In this document: one piece after another, positions 10,283-19,603 of the stretch
Position numbering within the stretch: position 1 is the stretch's first letter
How the letters are laid out: each line of letters begins with the position of its first letter
NCBI GenBank assembly: GCA_045132055.1
Contig: JBGURP010000012.1
Coordinates: forward strand, 21,202 to 85,201
Source: Bacteroidales bacterium
Lineage (GTDB): Bacteria > Bacteroidota > Bacteroidia > Bacteroidales > WCHB1-69
Direction: 5' to 3'
DNA: 64,000 nt
Program-made: the position numbers and the translations under genes
The notes under the pieces: model-generated
What the model was told of the DNA's origin: nothing
Database searches by the model: none
What the model saw: only the letters and a program-made list of their open reading frames with translations

Positions 10283-11779
10283 CTAATCCATCAGGATATG
10301 CACGCCGTTCACGAAGTCGATGGACTTCTGGATAAGCTCGTGCATGTAAGTGTCGTTCTCCACAAACGGGACAAACTCACGATAGGCGGCCACAAAGTCC
10401 TCGATGAACGGGGAGGATTTCAGCGGGCGACGGAACTCAAGCGCCTGTGCGGCGTTGAAGAGCTCAATGCCGAGAATCTTCTCCACATTGTTGACCACTA
10501 AGTAACACTTGGTAGCGGCGTTAGCGCCCATGCTCACGTGGTCCTCCTGACCTTGTGACGACTCGATGGAGTCGGTGGAACACGGCATGGTGAACGCCTT
10601 GTTCTGGTTCACGATGGAAGCTGCGGCGTATTGCGGAATCATGAAGCCGGAGTTGAGGCCCGGGTTCTTGACCAAGAAGGAGGGCAGCTCGCGTTTGCCG
10701 GCAATGAGTTGATAGATACGGCGTTCGGAGATATTGCCCAGTTCGGCCATGGCGATGGAGAGGAAGTCGAGCACCAGGGCCAATGGCTGGCCGTGGAAGT
10801 TGCCGGCCGACACCACGATGTCTTCATCCGGGAACACGGTCGGGTTGTCTGTAACGGAGTTGATCTCAGTCTCCACCACATCCTGTACGTGTTGGATAGA
10901 GTCTTTGGAGGCGCCGTGCACCTGCGGAATGCAACGGAAGGAGTACGGATCCTGCACGTGCTCTTTGTGGCGCTTGATTAGCTCGGAGCCTTCCAGCAGC
11001 TGAAGCATGTGGGAGGCGGTGATGATCTGGCCGGCGTGCGGGCGCACCATGTGCACGTTCAGGTTGAACGGCTCGATGCGACCGTCGAAAGCATCCAGGG
11101 AAACGGCGGCGATGATGTCGGCCATCCAGGAAAGCTTCTTGGCCTTGATGAGCAACCATACAGCGTATGAGCTCATAAACTGTGTGCCGTTGAGCAGCGC
11201 CAGACCCTCTTTGGATTGCAGGGTGATGGGTTCCCAGCCAAATTTCTCATTGATGACAGAAGCGGGGTATTTCTTGCCTCTGTAATAGACCTCACCCATG
11301 CCGATGATGGGCAGACTGAGGTGGGCCAGCGGGGCCAAGTCGCCGGACGCGCCGAGCGAACCTTGCTGATAGACAACAGGATAGACGCCCTTGTTGTAGA
11401 AATCCACCAAGCGTTGGATGGTGGCCAGTTGCACGCCGGAGTGGCCGTACGACAGCGACTGGATTTTCATGAGCAGCATCAGTTGCACGATTTCCTGAGG
11501 CACCTCTGCGCCGACGCCACACGCGTGCGAGATGACGAGGTTGCGCTGCAGGGTGGAGAGGTCCTCCTTGGAGATGCTGCGGTTGCAGAGAGAACCGAAG
11601 CCGGTGGTCACGCCGTAGATGGGTTCCTTCTCGGTGTCGGTTTTCTTGTCCAGGTAGGCGCGGCATTTCTGCACGGCGTCGATGGCCTCCTGTGACAATT
11701 CTATTTTCTGTTTGCGGTCGATGATTTTTTCAACCTTCTCAATACTGAGGAATTTGGTAGAGATTTTGTGTCTTGTCAT
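10283..11779 (-). CDS. hutH: Histidine ammonia-lyase
   Basis: YGVTTGFG, MIO-forming ASG in GSLGASGDLAPL, QDPYSFRC, GNFHG, QEDHVSMG. Confidence 0.97.
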   Translation of the reverse strand: MTRHKISTKFLSIEKVEKIIDRKQKIELSQEAIDAVQKCRAYLDKKTDTEKEPIYGVTTGFGSLCNRSISKEDLSTLQRNLVISHACGVGAEVPQEIVQLMLLMKIQSLSYGHSGVQLATIQRLVDFYNKGVYPVVYQQGSLGASGDLAPLAHLSLPIIGMGEVYYRGKKYPASVINEKFGWEPITLQSKEGLALLNGTQFMSSYAVWLLIKAKKLSWMADIIAAVSLDAFDGRIEPFNLNVHMVRPHAGQIITASHMLQLLEGSELIKRHKEHVQDPYSFRCIPQVHGASKDSIQHVQDVVETEINSVTDNPTVFPDEDIVVSAGNFHGQPLALVLDFLSIAMAELGNISERRIYQLIAGKRELPSFLVKNPGLNSGFMIPQYAAASIVNQNKAFTMPCSTDSIESSQGQEDHVSMGANAATKCYLVVNNVEKILGIELFNAAQALEFRRPLKSSPFIEDFVAAYREFVPFVENDTYMHELIQKSIDFVNGVHILMD

Positions 11780-11821
11780 ATAGGTGTAACTTTAATAATA
11801 TTTTTATCCAATATAAGCGCG

Positions 11822-11829
11822 CAAATGTA
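11822..11829 (-). promoter_or_regulatory. Bacteroidota sigma-A -7 box (TACATTTG) for the hutH-nadC operon
   Basis: Matches TAnnTTTG about 40 nt upstream of hutH. Confidence 0.6.
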
Positions 11830-11869
11830 CATAAATTTCGGATACATTTTATTTGTTGAAATACTTACT

Positions 11870-11897
11870 GTAGAAACGATGCTTGCGCTGTTCCCAC
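11870..11897. repeat. Degenerate 28-nt GTAG-type REP-like palindrome
   Basis: gtagaaac-gatgcttgcgct-gttcccac; same length and similar ends as elements at 50830 and 57854. Confidence 0.4.
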
Positions 11898-11925
11898 TTT
11901 TCAGAAAAAGACAGCATGTAATTGA

Positions 11926-13062
11926 TTACAGGTTCCGTTTAGACATCCAAAGGCTTAGCAGAGGGTCGGAAATAGTATAGGTATTTTCAGCACGAGTAAT
12001 AAAATCATATTCAAGCAGTTTCAACGCAGCCGATTGAGTTGAGCTGGGTGAGCGCAACCGGTATTTTTTGTTAAAGGCCATGGAGGTTATATTCTGTGCT
12101 TCACGCTCTGCATGGATAGCATAGAGTAATTCTTTTTGTGCTTCCGTGATAAAAGCAAGCTGCTCGCGCAAACGTGAGTCGTTCTCATCAATGTAATCCT
12201 CAATCAATTGTTGAACTTTCTCCAAATCACAGGTCTCTCCCACCCGAGTTTCCGCAAAAGCATCCTTCATAATCCGTTGAACATAGAAGGTAACACCCAA
12301 AAATGTGTTATAAACGTATAGAAAAGCATCTGTGGCAATCGATTTTTCAGCTTCTTGGAAGTGCCGCTTAGCAAAATCGCAGTATATTTCAGGTTTGATA
12401 GGTTCAAGACGAAGGGGTTTCGCACTCTGGTAAAATGGTCGTTTCGACGAGAAAAACATCTCTTCCATCAGTCGGCGGCGACTGCCCGAAAAGACAAAAT
12501 TCGCATTGGACAGTTTTTGGATATGGGTCCTAAGCAATGCCTCAACATTCTTTTCAGGATAACGGGTGATTTGCTGAAATTCATCAATGACAACCAAGCA
12601 AGGCTTTTCAACGGATTCAAGGTAATTGAAAATCTCCTGCAAAGTGTAGTCTGGATGCTGAACATCTCCCAATTTGATGTCAAAAGTAGGCATGTTTTGG
12701 ATAGGATCGTAGCCGAAGCTGGCACTCAACGATTTGAGAAAAGAGACAAACTGCTTGCGTAGCTTTTCGCTTCGTGTGGCCACGCTCTCAAACACAGCTG
12801 TTCCAAGGGCAAGAATCAGTTCCCTGAACGTCGTAGTGTGCAAAATATCCACATTGATAGTGATATATTCGTCTTTGATTTGCGGTTTGTCGAACACAAA
12901 ACTAATGAGAGAAGTCTTACCCATCCTGCGCGATGAGGTCAGCACCACATTCATCTGATTGACAAGGGCTTTTTCTAACACAGCCGCTTCTTCCTGCCGA
13001 TCGCAGAAATATGCCGGAGGAATCTTCCCGGAAATCACAAAGGGATTGATACTGTTTACCAT
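11926..13062 (-). CDS. AAA+ / archaeal-ATPase-like P-loop protein with probable C-terminal winged helix
   Basis: NPF..FCDR N-terminus, Walker A SSRRMGKTS, Walker B VVIDEFQ, FSGS sensor, DPLL.LW C-terminus. Confidence 0.85.
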   Translation of the reverse strand: MVNSINPFVISGKIPPAYFCDRQEEAAVLEKALVNQMNVVLTSSRRMGKTSLISFVFDKPQIKDEYITINVDILHTTTFRELILALGTAVFESVATRSEKLRKQFVSFLKSLSASFGYDPIQNMPTFDIKLGDVQHPDYTLQEIFNYLESVEKPCLVVIDEFQQITRYPEKNVEALLRTHIQKLSNANFVFSGSRRRLMEEMFFSSKRPFYQSAKPLRLEPIKPEIYCDFAKRHFQEAEKSIATDAFLYVYNTFLGVTFYVQRIMKDAFAETRVGETCDLEKVQQLIEDYIDENDSRLREQLAFITEAQKELLYAIHAEREAQNITSMAFNKKYRLRSPSSTQSAALKLLEYDFITRAENTYTISDPLLSLWMSKRNL

Positions 13063-13100
13063 ACATGTAAATATTGGATGGCAAATATACTATTTTTTAG

Positions 13101-13128
13101 ATTACCGAAAAAAAATTACCGAAAAAAA
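13101..13128. repeat. Perfect 14-nt tandem duplication (attaccgaaaaaaa x2) in the ATPase promoter
   Basis: Seen directly; lies just upstream of the minus-strand -7 box TATATTTG at 13082-13089. Confidence 0.8.
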
Positions 13129-13138
13129 ATAATGTACA

Positions 13139-13203
13139 GTATCCTGAAAGGATACCATCTCAATAACCCCATACAAGCGACCGAAGGGAGTGCAGTGTGG
13201 GGA
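13139..13203. repeat. Two-hairpin REP-like element
   Basis: gtatcc-tgaaa-ggatac perfect hairpin followed by a ccccatac...gtgtgggg stem enclosing gcgaccgaagggagtgc. Confidence 0.55.
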
Positions 13204-13239
13204 GGTTAACAAGACTGAACGGGACAAGTCCGAAAAAAA

Positions 13240-14646
13240 TCACCCTCTGAGCTGCAACTTCACCACATTCTCCACATGGTGGGTGTGCGGGAACATATCG
13301 ACGGGTTGCACGGCGACAACCTTGTACTTCTCGTTCAACAGGGTGAGGTCGCGGGCCTGCGTGGCCGGGTTGCAGCTCACATACACGATGCGCGGGACCT
13401 CCAGTTTCAGCAACTGCTCAATCACATTGGGGTGCATGCCCGCGCGCGGCGGGTCGGAAATGATCACATCCGGCTTGCCGTGCTCCTTGATGAAGCTGTC
13501 CGTAAATATCTTGGCCATGTCGCCAGCCACAAACTCCGTGTTTTCAATGTGGTTCTGCGCCGAATTGATTTTGGCATCTTCCACGGCAGTATCCACATAC
13601 TCGATACCCACCACTCGCTTGGCGCGGCGGGCCACGAAATTGGCAATGGTGCCCGTGCCGGTGAAGAGGTCATACACCACATCGTCGGGATGGATGTCCG
13701 CGAAGTCACGCGCCACCTTGTACAGGTTGTACGCCTGCGTGCTGTTGGTCTGATAGAACGACTTCGGGCCCACCTTGAATTGCAAACCTTCCATCTCTTC
13801 CATGATAAAGTCTTGTCCTTTAAACAGATGGAACGGCAAATCAAAAATCGCGTCGTTCATCTTCGTATTCACTACATAGACCAACGAGGTGATTTCCGGG
13901 AAGCGGTCGGCGATGGCTTGCATCATGTCCCGTGTCTTCTCGTTGAAATCCGTAATCACCATCACTAACATCAAATCGCCAGTGGAGGCGGTGCGGATGA
14001 TAATGTTGCGCAGCAATCCCTTCTGCTCACGCGGGTTGTAAAACGCCAGGTTGTGGGTCAGCGCATACTCGCGACAGAAGAGGCGGATGTCGTTGCTCGG
14101 GGCAGCCTGCAGCCAGCAATGCTCAATGTCGAGCACCTTGTCGAACATGCCAGGCACATGGAAGCCCAAACAGCGCTGTTCGTAAAATTCGCCATCTTCA
14201 TAGCGTCTCAAATCATCATAAGAGAGCCATCGCATCGTGGAAAAGGTGTATTCCAGCTTGTTGCGGTAATAGTACTGCTTCTCCGCTCCGATGATGGGCA
14301 TCAGCTCCGGAAACTCGAACTTGCCGAGGTGCTTGAAGTTGTCTTCCACCTGCTTCTGCTTGTAAGCCAATTGCTTATTATAGTCAAGCATCTGCCATTT
14401 GCAGCCGCCGCACACGCCGAAATGGCCGCACGGGGGCACCACGCGGTCGGGCGAGGGCTTGCGCACCGCCAGCAGGTTCGCCTCTGCATAACCGTGCTTG
14501 CGCTTATAGACTTCCACATCCACCACATCGCCGGGCACGGCAAAGGGGACAAAAATGGTGAGACCGTCCAACTTGGCCACGGCCTTGCCCTCCGCACCCG
14601 CGGAGATGATCTCTAAGTTTTCTATGTTGTATCGTTTGAATGCCAT
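13240..14646 (-). CDS. rlmD: 23S rRNA (uracil-1939-C5)-methyltransferase
   Basis: TRAM domain, C..FGVCGGC 4Fe-4S motif, YRNKLE, SFYQTN, DPPRAG, YVSCNPATQARD, DMFPHT. Confidence 0.95.
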   Translation of the reverse strand: MAFKRYNIENLEIISAGAEGKAVAKLDGLTIFVPFAVPGDVVDVEVYKRKHGYAEANLLAVRKPSPDRVVPPCGHFGVCGGCKWQMLDYNKQLAYKQKQVEDNFKHLGKFEFPELMPIIGAEKQYYYRNKLEYTFSTMRWLSYDDLRRYEDGEFYEQRCLGFHVPGMFDKVLDIEHCWLQAAPSNDIRLFCREYALTHNLAFYNPREQKGLLRNIIIRTASTGDLMLVMVITDFNEKTRDMMQAIADRFPEITSLVYVVNTKMNDAIFDLPFHLFKGQDFIMEEMEGLQFKVGPKSFYQTNSTQAYNLYKVARDFADIHPDDVVYDLFTGTGTIANFVARRAKRVVGIEYVDTAVEDAKINSAQNHIENTEFVAGDMAKIFTDSFIKEHGKPDVIISDPPRAGMHPNVIEQLLKLEVPRIVYVSCNPATQARDLTLLNEKYKVVAVQPVDMFPHTHHVENVVKLQLRG

Positions 14647-14650
14647 GATA

Positions 14651-14704
14651 AAGGGTAAATGAGGTAAATGGGGTGAAAGAGGTGAAAGGGGTAAATAGGG
14701 TTTA
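14651..14704. repeat. 9-nt tandem array (nGGGTRAA-like x6)
   Basis: aagggtaaa tgaggtaaa tggggtgaa agaggtgaa aggggtaaa tagggttta. Confidence 0.85.
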
Positions 14705-14729
14705 TATGATTTGTAAAATATTGTATTTC

Positions 14730-14771
14730 AACTATTATCTATTATCTCTAATCTCTCATCTCTCAACTTTC
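14730..14771. repeat. 7-nt tandem array (ATCTCTM-like x6), overlaps nadD stop
   Basis: aactatt atctatt atctcta atctctc atctctc aactttc. Confidence 0.85.
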
Positions 14772-15341
14772 ATAGAATCCCGTCTCGTCCAGATACTGCC
14801 ACACCTTCGGGGGGAGCATGTAGCGGACGGATTTTTTCTGACGGATATTATCGCGGATCATCGTAGATGAGAGTTGCATTTGAGGGGCATCCACAAAAGT
14901 GACATGAGGGTGATTCTTTCTTTCGCCGGCATCGTAACCTGGTCTGGGATAGACATATAGCCGATAATTTTCCAGAATCCACTCGTAGTTCAGCCATTTG
15001 TCGAAGGTGGCCAGATTGTCCTCGCCCATGAGGAGGCAGAACTCGCGTTCCGGGTATTTTTCAGACAGATGCACCAATGTGCGGCATGTGTAGGAGGGCT
15101 GCGGCAGACCGAACTCGATGTCGGAAGCCCTGAAACGGTCGTCGTCCTCAATGGCCAGATTGACCATGTGGAGCCGCTGGCGGTCGTCCAGCAGCGAAGC
15201 CTTGTTTTTCAGTGGGTTGCGCGGCGAGACCACAAACCAAAGTTCCTGCAAATCGGAATGCTCCAGCATATACTCAGCTATGACAAGGTGTCCGATATGG
15301 ATGGGATTGAACGAACCGAAAAAAAGGCCTGTTTTGCGCAT
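14763..15341 (-). CDS. nadD: Nicotinate-nucleotide adenylyltransferase
   Basis: FFGSFNPIHIGH, SPRNPLK, LMGEDN, LSSTMIR. Confidence 0.96.
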   Translation of the reverse strand: MRKTGLFFGSFNPIHIGHLVIAEYMLEHSDLQELWFVVSPRNPLKNKASLLDDRQRLHMVNLAIEDDDRFRASDIEFGLPQPSYTCRTLVHLSEKYPEREFCLLMGEDNLATFDKWLNYEWILENYRLYVYPRPGYDAGERKNHPHVTFVDAPQMQLSSTMIRDNIRQKKSVRYMLPPKVWQYLDETGFYES

Positions 15342-15392
15342 TTTGTATCTTTAAAAAGTTGGCAAAGATACAAAAAAGCGGCAAACCTTACT

Positions 15393-15776
15393 TTAAAATG
15401 TGAAACGGTAATTCATCACAAAATTCCAAACGGTGACAACTCCGATGGCGATAAGCTTGGCCAGATAGAAGTTCAGCTTCAGTTTTTCATGCAACAGATA
15501 AATAACCAAGTTGTTAAGACCAAGCCCAATCACGGAAATCACCAGAAATTTTCCGTATTCGATCGGGATATTGGCATTGTTGCTTTGAAATGTCCACCAG
15601 CGGTTCCAGATGTAATTGTTGGTGGCGGCCAGCACAAAACCGATGGAGTTGGAGACGTATTTGTTCCATTTGAGCTTCTCTTTGCAAAGCCACGTAAAAC
15701 CAAAATCGACCACCATGCCGGAAAATCCGACAATGCAAAATTTCAGGAATTTCAATATCAACGCTCTATCTATCAT
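15393..15776 (-). CDS. GtrA family flippase
   Basis: KFCIVG..G..VD, NY.WNR.WTF, 4 TM helices. Confidence 0.9.
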   Translation of the reverse strand: MIDRALILKFLKFCIVGFSGMVVDFGFTWLCKEKLKWNKYVSNSIGFVLAATNNYIWNRWWTFQSNNANIPIEYGKFLVISVIGLGLNNLVIYLLHEKLKLNFYLAKLIAIGVVTVWNFVMNYRFTF

Positions 15777-17418
15777 GGTCTTTGATCACCATTGGTTTAC
15801 TGTTCACCGAACGACAGGCTCCGTTGTCCAGACACACCACAAACGGCGTATTGGGGATAAAATTGCAATACGTGGAACATTTGACGCTGCCTCCGGCGGG
15901 AATCACAAGCCCTGACGGCACGGGACAGGTAATCGCAAAATATTCTTGCAGCTTGTAAGCCACGTGCAACGTAGTTTCAAATTCCGGATGGCAAAAATCG
16001 TAAGAAAGATTGTAGGGATTGTACAAAGTCAAATCCAGGAAAAGTGTGTCGCCCGCAATACGATATTGGTCAACGGTAATCTCGATCCGGTTTGCGCCTT
16101 GGAAGGATTTCACCTCACGGAAAGAAAACTCCGCGCCTGGCAGAAAGATGTCCACGGCATCCCGAATCGGGCTTTTGGCATTGACATTGCCAATCAGACA
16201 GACTGGCTTGCCCTGCCATTGGCGGTCGAACTGCCACAGGTCGAACTGTGTGCGCCGCATGTAGAGGGAACTCAACTGTACTGGCTGCTCACCTGTGTAG
16301 TAGCTATAAAGCGACGGATTCTGAAACGAGCCCACAAAAACTGCCTGCTTGCCCTTGCAATACTCTTGAATAGTCTCCATTTTCTTTTGGCTACCCAAAA
16401 CACCTATCTTTTCCACAGCCAAAACAGGCAATATTATTCTGACAATCAGCAATATGCAAGCCATCGGCACCACTCCGTATCGCAGCCATTTCTCCCAAGC
16501 AGGCTGACGGAGGTCGTGATAGAGCAACAGCAACATCGGTACGGAAGCAGCCACCGTCCAATGCGGCTCCGCGTGGCCTTTCAAGGTCATCAGCCAGAAA
16601 AACAGGATGAAGCCGATGATGGAATAGATACAGGCACGCATGAAAGCATCTCCCGTTCCGCGATAGCGCCAGCAAAGAAACAAGGCCAAACAGAAACAGA
16701 CTGGGTTAAACACCAACAACTGGTTGGGTAAAAATTCAAGTGGGTGCAAAATATTGAATCCGGTGCTTCGCGCTACCAGGTGATACTGGAAGCTGGGGAA
16801 ACCGTTTCGCACTTGCCACAGAATATGGGGAAGGAACAGCGCGAGGGCAACAAAACCGGCAATCCAAATTTTGGGATCCTTTAACAGACGCAGATTCGAC
16901 AGCAAGACAAAGCCGGCCACGAGCACCGCCATATATTTGCTGTAAAGCATTCCAGCCATCGCCAACCCGAGGCACAGGGCCATTCCCCAACCGGGTTTCT
17001 GGAGATATTGGCGATAGAGGAAGAAGAAGAGTGCCACGAAAAACAGCAGCGGCGCGTCGGGTGTCGTCATAATGCCGTATGCCACAAACATTACCAGCGA
17101 GGCGGCGATGGCAAAAAACACCCACACCTCGCGGGTTGTCTTCGGCCTGTCGGGAAGGGTTTTCCAAACCAGCCACACGGTTGCTCCGTGCAATAGCACC
17201 GTGAGAAACCTGATAGAGAGCCCTTTGCTAAAGAGCAGACTGCTAAAGGCGGTCATCAGGGCCACCATGGGCGGATGGTCGTAGTAGCCCCACGCCAGAT
17301 GCGCGCCATAGAGCGCGTAGTACGCCTCGTCCGCGTGCACGGGCGTGAACACTGCCTGCAGGAAATCCATCAACACCCACAGTATCAAGAGAATATAAAA
17401 CAATCTCTGCGGTTTCAT
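15766..17418 (-). CDS. GT-C glycosyltransferase (ArnT/PMT_2, GT39/83-like)
   Basis: DEAYY..WGYYDHPP, TPDAPLLFF, SKY, multi-TM body with periplasmic C-terminal domain. Confidence 0.88.
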   Translation of the reverse strand: MKPQRLFYILLILWVLMDFLQAVFTPVHADEAYYALYGAHLAWGYYDHPPMVALMTAFSSLLFSKGLSIRFLTVLLHGATVWLVWKTLPDRPKTTREVWVFFAIAASLVMFVAYGIMTTPDAPLLFFVALFFFLYRQYLQKPGWGMALCLGLAMAGMLYSKYMAVLVAGFVLLSNLRLLKDPKIWIAGFVALALFLPHILWQVRNGFPSFQYHLVARSTGFNILHPLEFLPNQLLVFNPVCFCLALFLCWRYRGTGDAFMRACIYSIIGFILFFWLMTLKGHAEPHWTVAASVPMLLLLYHDLRQPAWEKWLRYGVVPMACILLIVRIILPVLAVEKIGVLGSQKKMETIQEYCKGKQAVFVGSFQNPSLYSYYTGEQPVQLSSLYMRRTQFDLWQFDRQWQGKPVCLIGNVNAKSPIRDAVDIFLPGAEFSFREVKSFQGANRIEITVDQYRIAGDTLFLDLTLYNPYNLSYDFCHPEFETTLHVAYKLQEYFAITCPVPSGLVIPAGGSVKCSTYCNFIPNTPFVVCLDNGACRSVNSKPMVIKDHDR

Positions 17419-17426
17419 CACAGCGG

Positions 17427-17487
17427 CAAAAATACAATAAAGTTTGTCTTTTGGATTTTGAAGATTGATGGATTTTCACTATTTTTG
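17427..17487. promoter_or_regulatory. Divergent -7 boxes for the GT-C gene (17427-17434, minus) and radA (17480-17487, plus)
   Basis: Two TATTTTTG matches facing opposite ways; the minus box lies only about 8 nt from the ATG (near-leaderless). Confidence 0.55.
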
Positions 17488-17507
17488 CATTCTTTAAAAA
17501 AGACCTT

Positions 17508-18878
17508 ATGGCAAAAAGCAAAACCCTATATTTCTGCAAGAACTGCGGTGCGCAGTCGGCACAATGGATAGGCCGTTGCCCGTCGTGTGGCGAGTGGAAC
17601 ACCTTCGTGGAGGAGGTGGTGCAGCGGGAGGAGACGCCGGCGAAGGGCCGCTCGCGTGCCGTGACCACCAAAAACGCGCCGAAGCCCATCGACGAGGTCT
17701 CGCTGCTGCAGCTTCCGCGCATATCGACCACCTTCGAGGAGTTCGACCGGGTGCTCGGCGGCGGCATTGTGGCCGGCTCCATCGTGCTGCTGGGCGGCGA
17801 GCCCGGCATCGGCAAATCCACTTTGCTGCTGCAGATGGCACTGAACATCCACGACCGCAAAATCCTATACGTCTCCGGCGAGGAGAGCGAAGCACAGCTC
17901 AAGATGCGCGCCAGCCGTATCTCCGACACCTTGGCGCCCAACTGCTACGTGCTCACCGAGACCTGCACGCAGGACATCTTCAAGCATGTGGAAGAGCTGC
18001 AACCCGACATCATCATTGCCGACTCCATCCAGACCATGCAGAGCAACTTGCTGGACTCTGCCGCGGGCTCCATCTCCCAACTCAAGGAGTGTGCCGCCGA
18101 ATTCCAGCATCTGGCCAAGACCACCGGCATCCCCGTGTTCCTCATCGGCCACATCACCAAGGAGGGCAGTTTGGCTGGACCCAAGATTCTGGAGCATATT
18201 GTAGATACGGTGTTGCAATTTGAAGGCGACCAGCACTACGGCTACCGCATCGTGCGCTGCATCAAGAACCGATTTGGCTCCACCGCCGAGCTCGGCATCT
18301 TTGAGATGACGCAAAGCGGCCTCAATGAAATCCACAATCCATCGGAGATATTGCTTTCGCAGCATGAAGAAGATTACAGCGGCAACGCCGTGGCCTGCAT
18401 TTTGGAGGGCAACCGCCCGATGATGATCGAGACACAGGCGCTGGTCAGTTCCGCCGTTTATGGCGTGCCGCAGCGTTCCGCCACGGGCTATGACATCCGC
18501 CGGATGAACATGCTGTTGGCCGTATTGGAGAAACGATGCCACTTCAAGCTCGGCGCCAAGGACGTGTTCCTCAACATCGCGGGCGGCGTGCGCGTGGAGG
18601 ATCCCGCCATCAATCTTTCCATCGTGGCTGCCATCCTCTCTTCCGCCACCGACATCGCCATTGACGCCAAGACCTGCTTCGCAGGCGAAATGGGACTCAG
18701 CGGCGAGGTGCGCCCCGTGACCCGCATCGCCCAACGCATCGCCGAAGCCGACAAACTCGGATTTACCCGCATGTTTGTCTCCAAATACAACCTCAAGGGC
18801 CTCAATCTCAACGATTACCACATCCGTATCATCCCCATCACCAAGGTGGAGGAGATGTTCAGAACATTATTTGAATAA
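17508..18878 (+). CDS. radA: DNA repair protein RadA/Sms
   Basis: C..CG..W.G.CP.C zinc finger, GEPGIGKST, KNRFG, Lon-like C-terminus. Confidence 0.98.
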   Translation: MAKSKTLYFCKNCGAQSAQWIGRCPSCGEWNTFVEEVVQREETPAKGRSRAVTTKNAPKPIDEVSLLQLPRISTTFEEFDRVLGGGIVAGSIVLLGGEPGIGKSTLLLQMALNIHDRKILYVSGEESEAQLKMRASRISDTLAPNCYVLTETCTQDIFKHVEELQPDIIIADSIQTMQSNLLDSAAGSISQLKECAAEFQHLAKTTGIPVFLIGHITKEGSLAGPKILEHIVDTVLQFEGDQHYGYRIVRCIKNRFGSTAELGIFEMTQSGLNEIHNPSEILLSQHEEDYSGNAVACILEGNRPMMIETQALVSSAVYGVPQRSATGYDIRRMNMLLAVLEKRCHFKLGAKDVFLNIAGGVRVEDPAINLSIVAAILSSATDIAIDAKTCFAGEMGLSGEVRPVTRIAQRIAEADKLGFTRMFVSKYNLKGLNLNDYHIRIIPITKVEEMFRTLFE

Positions 18879-18883
18879 CCATC

Positions 18884-19306
18884 ATGGATAACACCATTTG
18901 CAAAGAGGGCATCGTCCGGGCCGTAAACGGGGACAACATCGAGGTGGAAATCATCGTCAGCTCGGCATGCAGCGAGTGCCACGCCAAGAGCATCTGCATC
19001 CCTACCGACCACCGGCGGGAGACCGTCACCGCGCAAAGTCTTTACGGTGAGCAATTTGAGCCAGGCGAAAAGGTGCAGTTGGTCTTGAAAGGTTCGGCAG
19101 GCAACAAAGCTGTTGTGTTAGCTTATCTTCTGCCCTTCATCGTGTTGATGGTGACCTTGTTCGGTACCTACGCCATCACCAAAAACGAACTCGCCGGCGT
19201 TATCGTCAGCATCGCATTCGTCGTCATCTACTACATTATTCTCAAAACACAGAACAAAAAAATCGAACAGAAATTCCAGTTTTTCGTGAAGCGGATGCCG
19301 GAATAA
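18884..19306 (+). CDS. RseC/MucC family protein
   Basis: SACSECHAK..C motif followed by two TM helices. Confidence 0.85.
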   Translation: MDNTICKEGIVRAVNGDNIEVEIIVSSACSECHAKSICIPTDHRRETVTAQSLYGEQFEPGEKVQLVLKGSAGNKAVVLAYLLPFIVLMVTLFGTYAITKNELAGVIVSIAFVVIYYIILKTQNKKIEQKFQFFVKRMPE

Positions 19307-19358
19307 AACCATATCCTTTTTTCACTACTTTTGCAAACCTAAAAACCTATAACCACCT

Positions 19359-19592
19359 ATGGAAGATACCAATCGTTTTCATGAACTCAGCGAAGAATTG
19401 TATGACGCTGTAAAAGAATATCTTGCACACCACACTCAATATCCTACCGATGTGGTGATGGCCATCAACTGGGATACGAAAGAGATCAAAATGGACAGTC
19501 CGGGCAAGATTGCGCCGGAGTTCAGCCAGTATTCCATGGCCGATTTCATCAAAATCAACGAGCAAGGGTTGTACGAGCCCATGGTTTTTTAA
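19359..19592 (+). CDS. Small acidic hypothetical protein
   Basis: 77-aa ORF with its own TACTTTTG box near 19326. Confidence 0.55.
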   Translation: MEDTNRFHELSEELYDAVKEYLAHHTQYPTDVVMAINWDTKEIKMDSPGKIAPEFSQYSMADFIKINEQGLYEPMVF

Positions 19593-19603
19593 CATATCCT
19601 GTC

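Noticed and set aside
13170..13203. SRP RNA-like GAAGG loop
   Set aside because: Lacks the CAGG..GGAA..AGCAG helix-8 motif and the long closing stem.
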